The position numbers were made by a program, and so were the translations under genes. A stretch of 63,110 nucleotides of DNA, filler included, from Octopus bimaculoides (taxonomy: Eukaryota): the NCBI RefSeq assembly GCF_001194135.2. It is 4 parts of 4 records of this genome, joined end to end, with 100 filler letters (N's around TTAATTAATTAA, not from the genome) between each part and the next. Parts side by side here need not be neighbours in the genome. Positions count along the whole stretch, not along the records: positions 15,082 to 38,569 come from NC_068985.1; positions 38,670 to 63,110 come from NC_068982.1; 2 more parts are not named here. One strand, given 5' to 3'. Positions 24,560 to 38,990 of this stretch are shown here, in pieces (position 1 is the first letter of the stretch; the number at the start of each line of letters is the position of its first letter). Under the pieces are notes generated by a model, which made no database searches, had not been told where the DNA came from, and saw only the letters and a program-made list of their open reading frames with translations.

Positions 24560-25320
24560 CCACCCTTCACATATCAGCAGTTATTCGACAGTACATTTCA
24601 AGTTAGCAATGTTAGGGTACGGTTAAGGTGTGTGTAGTTGAGTTTTCCCGCTCTGTAAGTATCTCGGACAGGCGTGACTCACTGATTAGGGCTAGATGCA
24701 TCGTGTTCGACACCTTGACGGCGACATTGTCTGCATATTCTGATATGTTTCTCTCACATCCTATTTCGTACAGGACGCCGCTCAACACCTCCAATTTGCG
24801 CAGTGGTTGCTCCAGAGACAGTACATACAGAAAGGACGAGAGGAAATACCTTGGGCAGACCAAGGGCATCATGCTGAATGGTTTCTATAAGTAACCATTC
24901 ACAAGAACTATCAAGAAGATGTCCCTAGACATTGCGGCAGTCCAACTACACAAAGTGACTGTAACTGGTCGTCGTGGGAACGGTCACCAAGTATTGGTGG
25001 TCGACCACAGTGAAGGCTTTTGATTGATGGAAATTGAGTTTCATCCATGCCTACTTCTTTACCTGCCCTGTTTATATGGTATCTGGTATATGGAATGTGG
25101 TGGAGGTTCTGATGCGATCTGATTCAGTGACAATTGTTTGTGCTTCACCAGTCACTTCCTCAACTACCAGCTCCAACCTTTTTGTTCACACCTTGGCTAA
25201 AATTTTGAGATCTCTGTGTAGCATCATAAGTCTAAAAGTTTCTATATGCTCCTTCTTGTTTTATATATATATGGCCTCGCTCTACACCAAGGACCCACAA
25301 ACTCACCACTCCGCCTGGAA
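24560..25320 (-). mobile_element. Tx1/L1-clade reverse transcriptase fragment, decayed
   Basis: MLHRDLKILAKV..KRLELVV..SKAF.VVDHQYL..VNGYL..SSFLYVLSLEQPLRKLE..YADNV. Confidence 0.8.
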
Positions 25321-25569
25321 CAGCGGGATATCTTTAATCTACGAACAACTATCCCCTTCGGACTAAACACAACCCCCTCCTCCTATTGACTGCCTCTACA
25401 CCTCCTGCAACTAAGCAACCTCATTTCATTTTTCAATTTTCATTTTTCATTTTTCATTTTTCATTTTATTCTTGAAAACCCGCCACTTTATTATTGCATT
25501 AATTTCTTTATCACCTTTCAACCTTATATTTTATAATTTATTGTTTTGCTATAATTTATAATTTACTGT

Positions 25570-26936
25570 GTTTTGCTATATATACACACACGTACACGCA
25601 CATACGTACATATCCACACACGAAAAAACACACGCACCCGTTTGCACACATTAACGTACATATGCCTCCAACACACAACACATACATACGACACACGTAC
25701 ATGCACACACATGCACACACACATGCAGACACACACGTAAACACACAACCACATACTTCCACGTGCACACACATATGCACGTACACACACACACACACAT
25801 ACATACACACGTACAGGAATGCACAGATACCTAACCCACACTACCCCATGCACACACAGACACACATACCTATACACACACACACACACACACACAAACA
25901 TAAACGTACACACAAACACATACACATACATACTGAATCAAACGCGCATACACGCAACAAAATACTCACATCACCCGACACACATCTCCACGTTCACACA
26001 CATATATACACACGCACGCACGCACATACACACAAGCAGACACGCACATACACACAAGCAGACACGCACATACACACACAGATACACACACGAACGTACA
26101 CACACGCACACACAAATATACACATGAACATAAACACATGCACACACACATATACGCACATACATACGCATACATACCCACACTAGAACATCTACGCACA
26201 TATACCTCCAACACACAAAATACACATACAGACACGCACACAATTACACACACATGAGCAAAAACACACACGAACGTAAATGCATGCACGCACATACTCA
26301 CAGGTACGCACATATACGCCTACACAAACCCACACACAACCCCCACAACCCACGCACACACGCATACACAAATTCACATACACACACATATACATACACA
26401 CAATATATACATATACGCACACATACACATACGCATACACATATCGACACATATACACACACACACGCACACACACGCACACACGCAAACGAATGCACAC
26501 ATACCTAACAATCACAATCCCACGCATACTCGTATACACACCCCGCATACGCACACACATACACACGCACGCATACACGCACACACAACTACACGCACAT
26601 ACACATACACACGTACACATACACCCACATGCATACACGCGCAAAACAACGCACCTATACCCTACAAAACCCATCGTTCACACACACATGCACAAACACA
26701 CATACACACGCACACACACATGCACACACACACTACATATACATATATGCACACACACATACTTCAAACTACCAGTACCTTTCTACTGACCATTTTCCTA
26801 CGCACATGACCTTAAATGATACTATGTTCAACCACACACATACATAAGCAGACACAACCACAAACACTCACACACACGCACATACACGTGCTACCATTAC
26901 TTACTCACACACACATACACGTGCTATCATTACACA

Positions 26937-26969
<33 letters not shown>

Positions 26970-26985
26970 ACACACACACACATTT
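25570..26985. repeat. ~1.4-kb degenerate (CA)/(CATA)/(CACG) low-complexity tract
   Basis: Direct inspection. Confidence 0.95.
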
Positions 26986-27628
26986 CTTTCTCTTGCACTC
27001 TCCTGTTCTTGAAAAGAACTTTTACTCCACTCTTTCCCTTCTGGTCATTTCAATATGCGACCGCCTGTGCATCGTTGGCGATTTTCTTTCGCCGTTTTCC
27101 CTTCTTTGGACTTTTTCCATATTTATGATGAAGAGCTCCACTCGAAAAGTGAGAGCCTCTTTCTTTTCTTTCTTTTCCTGAACGTCCAATAACACTGTAC
27201 GTATTACACGTCCTCGTGTTGTTGTTTTTTCATGTTTTTTCTTGCTTGTTCATNNNNNNNNNNNNNNNNNNNNNNNNNNNNNNNNNNNNNNNNNNNNNNN
27301 NNNNNNNNNNNNNNNNNNNNNNNNNNNNNNNNNNNNNNNNNNNNNNNNNNNNNNNNNNNNNNNNNNNNNNNNNNNNNNNNNNNNNNNNNNNNNNNNNNNN
27401 NNNNNNNNNNNNNNNNNNNNNNNNNNNNNNNNNNNNNNNNNNNNNNNNNNNNNNNNNNNNNNNNNNNNNNNNNNNNNNNNNNNNNNNNNNNNNNNNNNNN
27501 NNNNNNNNNNNNNNNNNNNNNNNNNNNNNNNNNNNNNNNNNNNNNNNNNNNNNNNNNNNNNNNNNNNNNNNNNNNNNNNNNNNNNNNNNNNNNNNNNNNN
27601 NNNNNNNNNNNNNNNNNNNNNNNNNNNN

Positions 27629-27671
<43 letters not shown>

Positions 27672-27849
27672 CATACATACTACAGTATTCTTTTAGTTTC
27701 CTTCTCCCACATCTCAAAAAGCTTTCGTTGTCTCGAAGTTGTAGTATAGAACAGCTGTTCAAGATGTTAAGGAATGGGAATGAACCCGGAACCTTGTAGC
27801 CAAGATTATAAACGATGGGGAAATTTGAGAGGAAATTGCGATACTCTTT

Positions 27850-28052
27850 TCTACTCTGGGTACAAGGCCCGACATTTTTGGGAGGAGCCGAGTCGAAAAG
27901 ATCGACCCCAGTACGGAACTGGTACTCAACGTATCGATGCCGAAGGAGGAAGTCGACGTCGGTGGTATTAGAGCTCAGAACATCAAGACAGACGAAATAC
28001 TGCTAAACATTTAGCCCGGCGTCCTAACGTTTCTGCCAGCACGCCGCCTTGT
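27850..28052 (-). mobile_element. CORE-type SINE
   Basis: Minus strand aaggcggcgtgctggcagaaacgttagg..; homologous to 10545-10748 and 52511-52712. Confidence 0.78.
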
Positions 28053-28254
28053 GATACTGTTATACTGTAAAAGAAAATATTACAGGGAGACGATTCGGAA
28101 GAACAACGAGGAAACATAAAATATAAAAACAACAATACCACACGAAAACGGTAGGGGAGGTAGGGAAGTGGCAGGGGAGGAGTATTAGCAGCAAGCAGAG
28201 CAGGAGGAGGAGAAGAAGGAGAATCAAAATAAGATGGAGAAAGAGGATCATGAA

Positions 28255-28326
28255 AAGAAGATAATGGCGACGATGATGATAATGATGATGATGATGACGA
28301 CGATGATGATGATGATGATGATGATA

Positions 28327-28362
<36 letters not shown>

Positions 28363-28385
28363 GTGGTGGTGGTGGTGGTGGTAGA
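28255..28385. repeat. (GAT)n/(GGT)n microsatellite
   Basis: Direct inspection. Confidence 0.95.
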
Positions 28386-28656
28386 GGTGTTGAACATTTT
28401 AAATACTTTATTTTTATTGGTCAATTCAGGAGATATGACTACAGAGTAAACCGCTCTAACTTATCCAAATTGTACTATAGCAAATGATTGCCTCCTTAGG
28501 GAAAGTTCATTGAATATTTTATAGGATAATTCTGGTATATTTCAGCTCATAACGTATCGTATCATACTCACATGCAGACATACACATTCACACATGTATA
28601 TACATTTACGTGTATAAGTGAATATGTGTGTAATGTACGTATTTAATGATATCTGT

Positions 28657-28704
<48 letters not shown>

Positions 28705-28735
28705 CCCCACAGACACCCAGATCCCCCCACACACA

Positions 28736-29064
28736 TACAGGGTGCGATGAATAAACTGTCGTCTAAATTACGCAAAAATGAAGATAACACTGACGTTTAA
28801 TTTTAACAGATATATTTACCAAAATTATGTAAAAAATATTTTGAAACAGTAAAGAGTAATTTTTATTCAAAACTTCGCCATTGTCTTCCAGCACGACCTC
28901 TTCTATACGCTCTCCTTGTTTAAGTTGGTGAATACTACCATAATCCTTGCCTTCAGATCATCTTTGGTGTTACATGAAGTTTTATAGGCTTCTCGCTCAA
29001 CTGCACCTCACAGATACTAATCAATGGGATTGCAGCATGGGAAGTTGGGTAGCCAGACATTAGG
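28736..29064 (-). mobile_element. maT (DD37D) transposon 3' end with TIR
   Basis: TA|CAGGGTGCGATGAATA terminus, homologous to 46288 onward; encodes PNVWLPNFPCCNPID. Confidence 0.82.
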
Positions 29065-29280
29065 AAGAGGTAGTGCTGCCCTGGGTGACGAAGGCGTCTG
29101 ATGGAAGACCCTATATCTGGCTTCAGGACTCTGCACCATGCTTGATAAGCAGGAGAAACCAGTCATGGGTGTCAGAAAATTCCTGCAACCACATCACTCC
29201 TAGCATCTAGCCACCTACTCCGGTCCTCAGACTGACACCTCCTTGATTATTACGTTTGGGGCGCAGTTGAGCGAGAGATG
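29065..29280 (+). mobile_element. maT (DD37D) transposase fragment in opposite orientation
   Basis: [39 protein letters not shown]. Confidence 0.82.
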
Positions 29281-29284
29281 TGTG

Positions 29285-29370
<86 letters not shown>

Positions 29371-30714
29371 TATACACACACACACATACATACATATGTG
29401 TATATATGCGTGTGACTGTGTTTTTGTATACATCTATGCACATATGTAAGTCTTTATGTGTATATGTTCACATGCACGCGTGTATTGTGTAGTAAATTAT
29501 GCATTATAAAAAGTTTCATCACTATGGTGATGTTTTGTGACGAATGAGGGTTTCGCTACACAAGAAATTCTTAAGAATAAGTAAACCGCTTTTAAAGGAA
29601 TATATAATATCTAATATATTGTGCTACACCACTTTCGTTACAAGCAGCTGATATTTAGAATATACTATTTAGAAATGTGAAATAGCAAACGGAGGTTTCA
29701 AATACCAGTGTTTCAAACCCATTTGTCTTCATTCTAAACCAGTGGATTTGAGGCATACGATTATTAATGATTCCAACTCTTAAAAGAGGAGACATCAAAA
29801 ATTTTAAATACTTCTCCCTATGAAAACAAATATACTGCAATAGACCTAGTCACCCATTTTGTATCATCTGCTGGTGCATCATGGACATTGAAGAAACTCA
29901 AGGACTTTTCAGGATTTAGAACCAGAGATTAGAAAAACGAATAAAATATAGATATGTTGAATTCTAAGTTCATGTTACACAGATAGATAAATAATTAACA
30001 ACGAAATTTTCTCCTTCATAGAATAGCAGAAAAAAATTTATAGACCAGCATTTTATATTATATACGCTGACAAAAACAAGAAAATTATCAATGGGAAATT
30101 CATTATAAGGGAACAAAAAAATAAGAACAGAGATATATAAGCCATGGAAAAAATATAAACTACAATAGTATACTAAACTTAACAGTTAAAATATCAATTT
30201 AGAATTCGATAAACATGATAATATAGTTTATATTTTCATTTTCAGGAAGCAGGCTGATGAATAAAAATCACCATTAAAGTGCCGCTCTCAAAACTTCAAT
30301 CAAGTTCATTCCGAGAACGTGTAGGAACATTAGTGGAAACAAAAATGATATTGTTTCAAACGGTTCACAAAGGATGAATATGGACAAATGAAAGACAGGA
30401 ATTAAGCTGATTAATGTCGGTCACATACACAGTCGTGCCTACAATATAACTTCAAAGAACACCGCACGTGCGTGTGTGTTAGTACGTCGTCGTTTGAATA
30501 CGTCTTGTTGATATGCTGCGAGTATATGTGTGATTTGTGGGTTTGCAATCTACGTATATTACATATTAACACAACTAAAATGAAGAAGATTAACAGTTTT
30601 GGAAATGACCAACAAACATACATACATGTACGATATAACATAAGAGAATATTGGTTTGAAATTTTGCAGAAAGCCAGGATTTTTTGAGTGGAGGGGAACG
30701 ATTATATCGAGCCA

Positions 30715-30840
30715 AGTACTTGAGTGGTATTTATTTCATTGTCCCGGAAAGGTTGAATGCCAAAGTTGATCTCGGTGGAATATGAACTCGTAGTAACGTA
30801 AAGACGAACAAAATGCTGTTAATCGCCGGCTTAATAATAT
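30715..30840 (-). mobile_element. CORE-type SINE fragment
   Basis: aaagttgatctcggtggaatatgaactc matches 10645-10670. Confidence 0.7.
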
Positions 30841-30849
30841 AACAACAAC

Positions 30850-30973
<124 letters not shown>

Positions 30974-33517
30974 GTTAACGGAACTCAAAACCAACCAAAA
31001 CCAACCAAAAGCGAAAGAACGGAGAACGGATAATCATAAAAACGATAAAATAGTTGATTTATGAGGTTGCTATCACATTTGCTATTGCTGTTAGTTTAGT
31101 GTGTATCTTAATTTTAATGAATAGGATGTTTTGAAATTTCTTAACAATTTTTAATAGTTTTTAAACCTTTTAAAATCTTATTTGATGCCTGACCCTAAAG
31201 GATTCATGTTATTCCATTATTGTGGTAGTATTATCATGGTTATTTTATGGGTGACTTAAATAAATCTCATCCTTGTTCAATTATTATTTTGTACTTAGCC
31301 CATGTTAGTTAATACAAGTTCCTGATAATTTAAGGTAGTGCAATCTAATTAAATTAGTACATAATTATCATGTTGTCTATTAATAGTTTAGTTCACCATT
31401 ATATTGTATATTAATTCCAATGGTTCATTTTATCAGTTTCTTAAACTTTGATGAGTCCATCATTATATACCATGTAAATCCTATGTATCAATTATTTACA
31501 TGAATTATATTAATTTTATCTCTTATCTGTCCTTTAAATTGATATTAGATATATACGTTTAATTTTAACATTTTAGTTCAATATATATAAAAAAATTTAA
31601 TTTTACATCTTATCTATGGTTCCTTATATTGGTGTAAATAGGTCTAAATGTACTTTAACATAGCATTTAAAATTAATACCACTTCATGGTTTTTGCATAC
31701 TGCATTAATTGATTATTTACATTACTATACACTATTTCTTTTTATTTAATTATTAATTTAAAATTAGCTTTTATTTATTCACATATTAATTAAGCAAATA
31801 TTGGTATCTCAAGTATTTAAAACTTAGCATATGTAAAACAATACTGATACATTATTCTGATTAACGAAAACTATGAATAGCCATTTACTGTATCTGTACA
31901 CAATATAGCAACTTCATTTTATATACGCTTGACCTAGGTGCCTTATGTTAAGACTTCCCCTGCTCCATTATAAACTGGTCTGCTAGTAGAGAACCTATAG
32001 TAGTTTGTCACTACACCCTAAGAAATTTTATAACTATATCATCCACGTTTACTGTCTAGACTGTTTACCCCTTTCCATACAAAGAAAATGCCAGTGCCCT
32101 CGTAAGCTTTGAATCACTATTTCTGATAATATGGTCCATAAATCAGAAAAAAAAACAAATAAAATCAGTGACAGTTAAAAATCTACTTCGAATTATTTAC
32201 TAGCCTGTAAGGTCTGGCTAAGTCAAAATGTTTTTTTGTATTCTCCCTTTCTACTTGGAGAGTTTAAATGTAGTTATAAAAATATGTCCTTCTGTTGAAA
32301 TGTAATTTCATTTAATTCCTACATCTTTGTGCAGCTGAGGATTTCTCTGCATTTTATATTTGATGTAATGTTCAAATTGCTTAATTAAATGGAGTCGCAT
32401 GGAGCGATCGTACTACATTCACCTTGGATATCCTTGTTGCTTATTTTGATTTTAATCACCTTATTTTGAAACTGTATGGATAATACCATACTTATTTCTG
32501 GTGCCTAAACTTAAGTACTATATTCACCTGAATATATATATGTATATATATATATATNNNNNNNNNNNNNNNNNNNNNNNNNNNNNNNNNNNNNNNNNNN
32601 NNNNNNNNNNNNNNNNNNNNNNNNNNNNNNNNNNNNNNNNNNNNNNNNNNNNNNNNNNNNNNNNNNNNNNNNNNNNNNNNNNNNNNNNNNNNNNNNNNNN
32701 NNNNNNNNNNNNNNNNNNNNNNNNNNNNNNNNNNNNNNNNNNNNNNNNNNNNNNNNNNNNNNNNNNNNNNNNNNNNNNNNATATATAATTTATTAATAAA
32801 ATTCGAAATTTATTATTCAAAATTTATTAACTGCATAGTTATTTCCGAACTTAGCGCGCCAGATTGAAGACATTTGACAGGATACACTGAATGTAATTTT
32901 TAGAACTCTACACGTGCTCTCTTTCGGGTGGGCGTCTTGTGTCTAGTTCTGGAAATTATTTTATAAACCGACAGACTACGCTGATGATCCTGCAGATATT
33001 TACGTATGTAAATTTTAACAGGTGAAACCATGGTACGTAGGTTAATCGTTTTTTATTTAGTATTGTTTTCATTTGTCTTGCCCTTTTACAGTCTTTTGTG
33101 TCGCTAAATTTTTAATGAGAACATAATTTTCGTGGTTAGATGATTCGGCATCTATTTCTAGCATATAGGAGTCCACTGTTGCTGGTCATTCCTCTTATTT
33201 TTGTATAATATATATATATATATATATATAATACGGGTGCCTAATTAGCAATTTAAAAACCCAAAGGCAAACATATGTACATCACTAAAGTGAACAAGGA
33301 CATAAATACACTAATCAGCCTCAGTCTGCGACCATAAGGCGTTTGTCTCCCTTGTCAGCTCATTAAGATAGTGCTTTTGTTCGATATTGAGCTGTTTTGA
33401 CTCATATTTCTAGTAATACTTGTGCTGACTAGTGCTCTCGTTCACTTTAGTGACGTATATATATATACATATATATATATATGTATGCATATATATATGT
33501 GTGCGTGTGTGTATGTA

Positions 33518-33586
<69 letters not shown>

Positions 33587-33649
33587 GTATATGTATATAT
33601 ATACATCTATCTATCTACCTATATATATATATATGCGTGTGTGGGTGTA

Positions 33650-33960
33650 TGTATATCCCCTTTGGTCATGGAATTGCACCTAGAATGTTACCCTCTGAGG
33701 CACAAGTCCGGGAAAGGTTGTGAATAGAAGACCAGTAGTCACCCATGCATACCAGCCCCGCCTCACCATCCCACCGATGTTATTGAAGGGAAAGGCAAAA
33801 GCCGACACATCTTTTCACCGGTGACGTCGTAACTGATTTCTACACCTTAGTGAACTGGAGCAACGTGATGCAAAGTGGCTTGCTGAAGATCACAACCAAC
33901 AGCCCGGTCGGGAATCGAACGCACTACCTCATGATTGTGAAGCTCTAACCAGTGAGCATA
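33650..33960 (-). mobile_element. tRNA-derived SINE (distinct family)
   Basis: Minus-strand head ctcactggttagagc..gtgcgttcgattcccgacc with B box; head shared with 34860-34950. Confidence 0.75.
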
Positions 33961-34689
33961 GAAATGATAACTCAAATGTATTGTGGCATGTATTTGTACG
34001 ACACATAGAGATACGGGTATGACAAATACAATAAAACATTAATTCTTGATAAATTTATATATTTTCTTCACTGCTTCTAGTCTATGTATCGAAAAATGGC
34101 AGTATTTATGTAATGAAAGAGGAAGAATGAAAACGAGAAAGACAGACAAACAGACAGTCAGATGAATTTCATTATTCAAACTGTTAAATCGGAAGATTCT
34201 GCAGTCGGTTGACTACGAATTTCCAACATATCACCATTGCAGCCCATTATAAACGAGATACGGAAATAAAATTGGTAGGGAAGGCAATAATGTCTGTGCT
34301 CCAATTTTATATAATCAGCAAAATCAGAAATCAGGAATTTTAATGGGATATTGTTGTGTAATATAGAGAAACCCTCTTCATCTTTCGGTCAGAATTCCTC
34401 AGCAGGGTTACATAAAATTTTTAAGAAACGAAAGACTGAAGTGTTACATAAGCAATGTCTAAAAGTAATTAACAGTAAGTGATGGGAATAAAATATCGTA
34501 AGATTGATTGCGTAGACAGGAAGTTCCTGAAGAGCGTAACTTGGTGAGAAGAGACGAAAAATAAATTGAAGAAAGTGATTTAAGAAAGCATAATGCAGGA
34601 TCAGTGTATAAAGTGAAACTTAATAGTGGACAGGTAAACCTATATTTACTCTCACCATATTTCTCTCTACAAAAACGAACAAAAAAATT

Positions 34690-34955
34690 GGAACTCCGTC
34701 AGTTACAACGATGAATGCTTCAGTCGATCCGATTTGCGGAATAGCCGGTTTGTGAAATTAACTTGCAAGTGGCATAGCACTCCACAGATACGCTAACCCT
34801 TAACGTAGTTCTCGGTGATATTCAGCGTAACACACGTTGCGACAAAACATACAATTCCAACTGAGTGGGTGGAGCAATGTGAAATAAAGTGTCCTGCTCA
34901 AGTACACAATGCACCGCCGGGAAACGAACTCATGACCAGATGATCGTAAGCCGAA
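34690..34955 (-). mobile_element. tRNA-derived SINE with a different body
   Basis: Minus strand catgagttcgtttcccggc..cttgagcaggacactttatttcac. Confidence 0.7.
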
Positions 34956-35993
34956 TACAGTAATCTCTTAACTACAAAGAAACCCATTCACAAACACATA
35001 CACGCTCGCGCTCATACATATACACACACGAGCGCACACACATGCACACATATATGCACAGAGTTCTAAGAAATACCCCCACAGATACTTTTATAGTTAT
35101 ATTATCCAACTGCAATGGTCTAGAGTTAATAGTCGTTGATAGCTAATCTACTAGGTTAGGCTGGTATCTGTTATTGTTTTGAATTATTTCACTAGGTTTT
35201 ATAACATAGTGGTAAATTGGTAAAATGTCATATTCGAGCAACATCTCTGCGTCAAACTGTGCCTGAAACTTGCCAAATCAGATGTTAGTGCATATTTATC
35301 TTACAAGTACGTCCATGCTATACGCATTTTGTTGCCATTTGATTATTATTGGTTGAGTGTTATCAGCATGTAGAGTGGCAAAAATAATCCATCGAATTTC
35401 TCATATAACTATATTCAATTATGATGTCTGCCAGGAAAATCTTTGAACAACGTTTGGATATGTTAAGTAGATCCTCAGCAGTCAAAACTAGATTAAAAGG
35501 CCTTGACTCGGGGTGCCTTCGGGCTTCGTCAGAATATTAGAAGTAAGCCAAAAGAAATGCAATGGAACTCGTAGGAGACATTGGGCGGTCGTCAATTAAA
35601 GAAATCTACGTTGTTTTTGATACGTGAAAGAAGCATTGAGATAATTTTTTATTTTCTCAACGCTTCCCTTTCAAAGTGGTTTGCAACCGAATATAAATAA
35701 TAACTACATTACATTATTTCAGTAATTTCATATTTTTCTGCTCAGGGATTTGCGTAATAATATTTCCTGCATCCATATATGTATACACACACGCACGCCC
35801 ATGCGCGCGCGCACACACACACACTCACACACACAAACACACACACACATACATACGCACATAAACACACCCATGCATATGCATATTTTTATTGAGAGTG
35901 ATTTGAATGACACATATACATAATCATGTGTATACACACACACACACACATACACACACACACACACACACACTCATATATATNNNNNNNNNN

Positions 35994-36041
<48 letters not shown>

Positions 36042-36806
36042 TGTTTCTAGAACAATAATTAAAATGATCAATGTATACAATACAATGAAAAGGATTTCAG
36101 GAATGTACATGGACATGCAACTAGATTTAATTATATAATGCACTCAGGTAATCCCTCGATACAAACCATTTCCTTGAATGTTCTTTTGTAACCATACTAT
36201 TACAACTACTACACATATTACTATATATTCATATGAATGGGCAACAAGCTTACGAACACCCTCTGACCGCAGGTGTTAGGAAGTTTTGAGAGCAGTATTT
36301 TGATAGTGAATTCCTGCAAGTTATTTTATGAAATTCTTAATATCAAAATGTAATCTCCTCGAGCACTCTATGATTTTAAAGAAAATTCAGCTTCCATTTA
36401 ATACAAAATGAAATACAAAGCTGCCATAATTATATTAGCAGTTCTCTGTTTTTAGGTTGATACTACTGAGTCAGCCAAAACATATACAGTTGACAAACAC
36501 TTCAGAACTCTTAACTATCTTGTCGAACTTGAATCTACTATAATTCATTTAAATACTTATTAGCAGATAATTAAATTGAATCTGAAATTAAACCCAACGT
36601 AAATTATATTTCAATGGTTTCACAACTAATTGTTTATGTCAATAGGTGTGCTATTCAATGTGCTAAACTCTGTTATCATTACTATCGTACTCTCCTCTGT
36701 CATTACCTCTGTATGTTTTTGCTTATGTGTCTGCTACTGATACACTTTTCCTATGTCCAAGAAAGAGAGAAAGAGAGGGCGACAGAGAGACAGACAGTCA
36801 AACTGA

Positions 36807-36878
36807 GAGAGACAGAGACATAAAGTCAAAGAGAGACAGAGACATAAAGTCAAAGAGAGACAGAGACATAAAGTCAAA
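36807..36878. repeat. 24-bp minisatellite, three exact copies
   Basis: gagagacagagacataaagtcaaa x3. Confidence 0.95.
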
Positions 36879-37269
36879 GAGAGACAGAGAGAAAGCAAGA
36901 GAGATAGGGAAAGAAAGAGACAGAAGTTTAACAAGAAATTAAATACGGAAGAAAGTGGAATTTTTGACCGTCTTAAAACAAACCATCATCAGCGCCAACT
37001 CCCAACTATTCCCTCCGTTTCACTTTGTTTTTTCTCTGTATGTGCCACCCTTACTCTGTCAGTTTATATTTTGTATCCAAGCGGAAATTTCATGCTTAGA
37101 TATAGCAGTAATCGGATTAGTTGCTCTAGCGTACTGTGCACGATCCAGCAATCATTCTTACACCGTGACAAAATACGAGAAAATAAAGTGAAACATGAAT
37201 AAGAGAAGCATTAAGAAACGTTCTAAGTGAAAGAAATATTGGTTATATATCTTTAACCCATTAGATTTT

Positions 37270-37647
37270 TTTATTTGTTTCAATCATTTGACTGCGGCCA
37301 TGCTGGAGCACCGCCTTTAGTCGAGCAAATCGAACTCAGAACTTATTCTTTGTAAGCCTAGTACATATTATATCGGTCTCTTTTGACGAACCGCTATTTT
37401 TAGGAAGCGCAAACACACCAGTAACGGTTGGGTTGTCAAGTGATGGTGGGGGGACAAACATAGACACACACACAAACATACACCGACACACACATACACA
37501 CACACATATATACATACGACGGGTTTCTTTCAGTTTACGTCTACCAAATCCACTCACAAAAGTTTGGTCAGCCCAACACTATAGTAGAAGACAGTTACCC
37601 ATGTGATTGGTAAGCAAGCTACTTTCCACACAACCACTCCTGCGCCT
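37270..37647 (-). mobile_element. tRNA-derived SINE, near full length
   Basis: Head aggcgcaggagtggttgtgtggaaagtagcttgcttacc; internal (CA)n; tail ..cagtcaaatgattgaaac. Confidence 0.88.
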
Positions 37648-37719
37648 ATATATATATATATATAACTTAGATAACATAGCTATGTTTCGACAAAAGATTT
37701 GTTCAGACCATGTCTACCG

Positions 37720-38340
37720 TAATAGCACCACCTGATAGGATTCGCTAAATCCATTTTAAGTCAGGTTTTGTTGTATCGTGGTCCATTCGAGTAGGGTGTT
37801 TTTGTTGAGTGAGTTGTATCAATGTATAGGTGTTTATCTGGTAATTCTTGAAGAAATTGGTCCCTATTTCGTTTAAAAGTGATGGGATCCATTTTCTTCT
37901 TTGATCTGTTTCGGGACAATGTTAAATATGGCAGGGCATGTCGAGGAAGTGAAATTGTATTGCAGTGTATTTGTGTTGCGATCCTCAAATGGGTGGGAGA
38001 CGTATGACTCGTGGTACTAGTCTTGGATGAATTTTGAAGTTAATATTGAGGTCGTTTGGAAAATACTGGCGGTATATTCTCCACATCGTGCAAATGATGA
38101 ATTTCTCAAGGCGGCGCTGGAGAGAACAGTGCTTCAATGCTATAAGGTGGTTGCAATAATCAAGATCAGTCATGTCCTTATTTCTTTTAGTGAATGCTTA
38201 CTGGGGTGATTCAATTTTTGAAATGTTTTGTTTTGTATAGGGAGAACACAGGGAGCAGCAGTTTTCGAGGCGTGAGCGTACAAAGGAGGAGAAAAGAGGA
38301 ATGATGACACCTTGTTCTCTGGACTGGAAGGTACTGAGGA
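37720..38340 (-). mobile_element. CR1/L2-type LINE 3' RT fragment
   Basis: TFQSRE..VRSRLENCC..SPY..KIESPQ*AFTK..LDYC..LQRRLE..HPRL..FKRNRDQFLQELPD. Confidence 0.88.
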
Positions 38341-38536
38341 TATATATATATATATATTTCCAACTTTACCATTGCTCTCTTTATCCTTTTGTATATTTAT
38401 ACATACACACGCTAATACACGACTTATAATCCCCAATCCTGTTCATACAACGACTGGGGCATAACTAGTCGGTATACAGCACTTACTCGGTATTACCTGT
38501 ATCTTTTGGGTTTAGTTAAATCCAATACCCTCCTCA

Positions 38537-38569
<33 letters not shown>

Positions 38570-38669
38570 NNNNNNNNNNNNNNNNNNNNNNNNNNNNNNN
38601 NNNNNNNNNNNNNTTAATTAATTAANNNNNNNNNNNNNNNNNNNNNNNNNNNNNNNNNNNNNNNNNNNN
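38570..38669. other. Artificial scaffolding spacer N44-TTAATTAATTAA-N44
   Basis: Same 100-bp construct. Confidence 0.95.
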
Positions 38670-38990
38670 GAATGACAGCGAAACGGGCTGATTACTACCT
38701 AGCTCAGATACCAGGAAACCCCAAAATGGCTGAAGTCCAAAAGATAGTGCTCATGGGAACTGCCCATATCCTACGTAAAATACTGTCTATGTGATCTCAA
38801 ATTTTAAAGCAAACATAATTTTCTTATGGGTTCTTAAACATTCACTTGAACAAAACTGTACAAATCCAAATATATGGTACCCTAGGCATAACACCTACAT
38901 GAACTTCTAACTTGTTGTCTCTTGAGGTCTCTGGGTGAGACTTGGATCCAACTTGTACAAATGCAAAACAAAAGTCAAACATAAAATAAT
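38670..38990 (+). mobile_element. R4/Dong-type LINE 3' end, same subfamily as 15440-16160
   Basis: YLAQIPGNPKMAEVQKIVLMGTAHILRKIL plus the same 3'UTR, ending in (AAT)n. Confidence 0.9.

Noticed and set aside
24340-24900. Plus-strand resemblance to an RTE C-terminus
   Set aside because: The minus strand gives a much better Tx1/L1 RT match (YADN, SKAF..VDH)
30241-30410. Strong acceptor ttttcattttcAG at ~30244
   Set aside because: All three frames close quickly and there is no partner exon; could only be UTR or lncRNA
31020-32100. T-rich stretch suspected to be a NUMT
   Set aside because: I could not align it convincingly to any mitochondrial gene; BLASTN against a cephalopod mitogenome would settle it
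38241-38330. Apparent 90-nt exon with good splice sites
   Set aside because: It is the antisense of the CR1 RT (VRSRLENCC..SPY)
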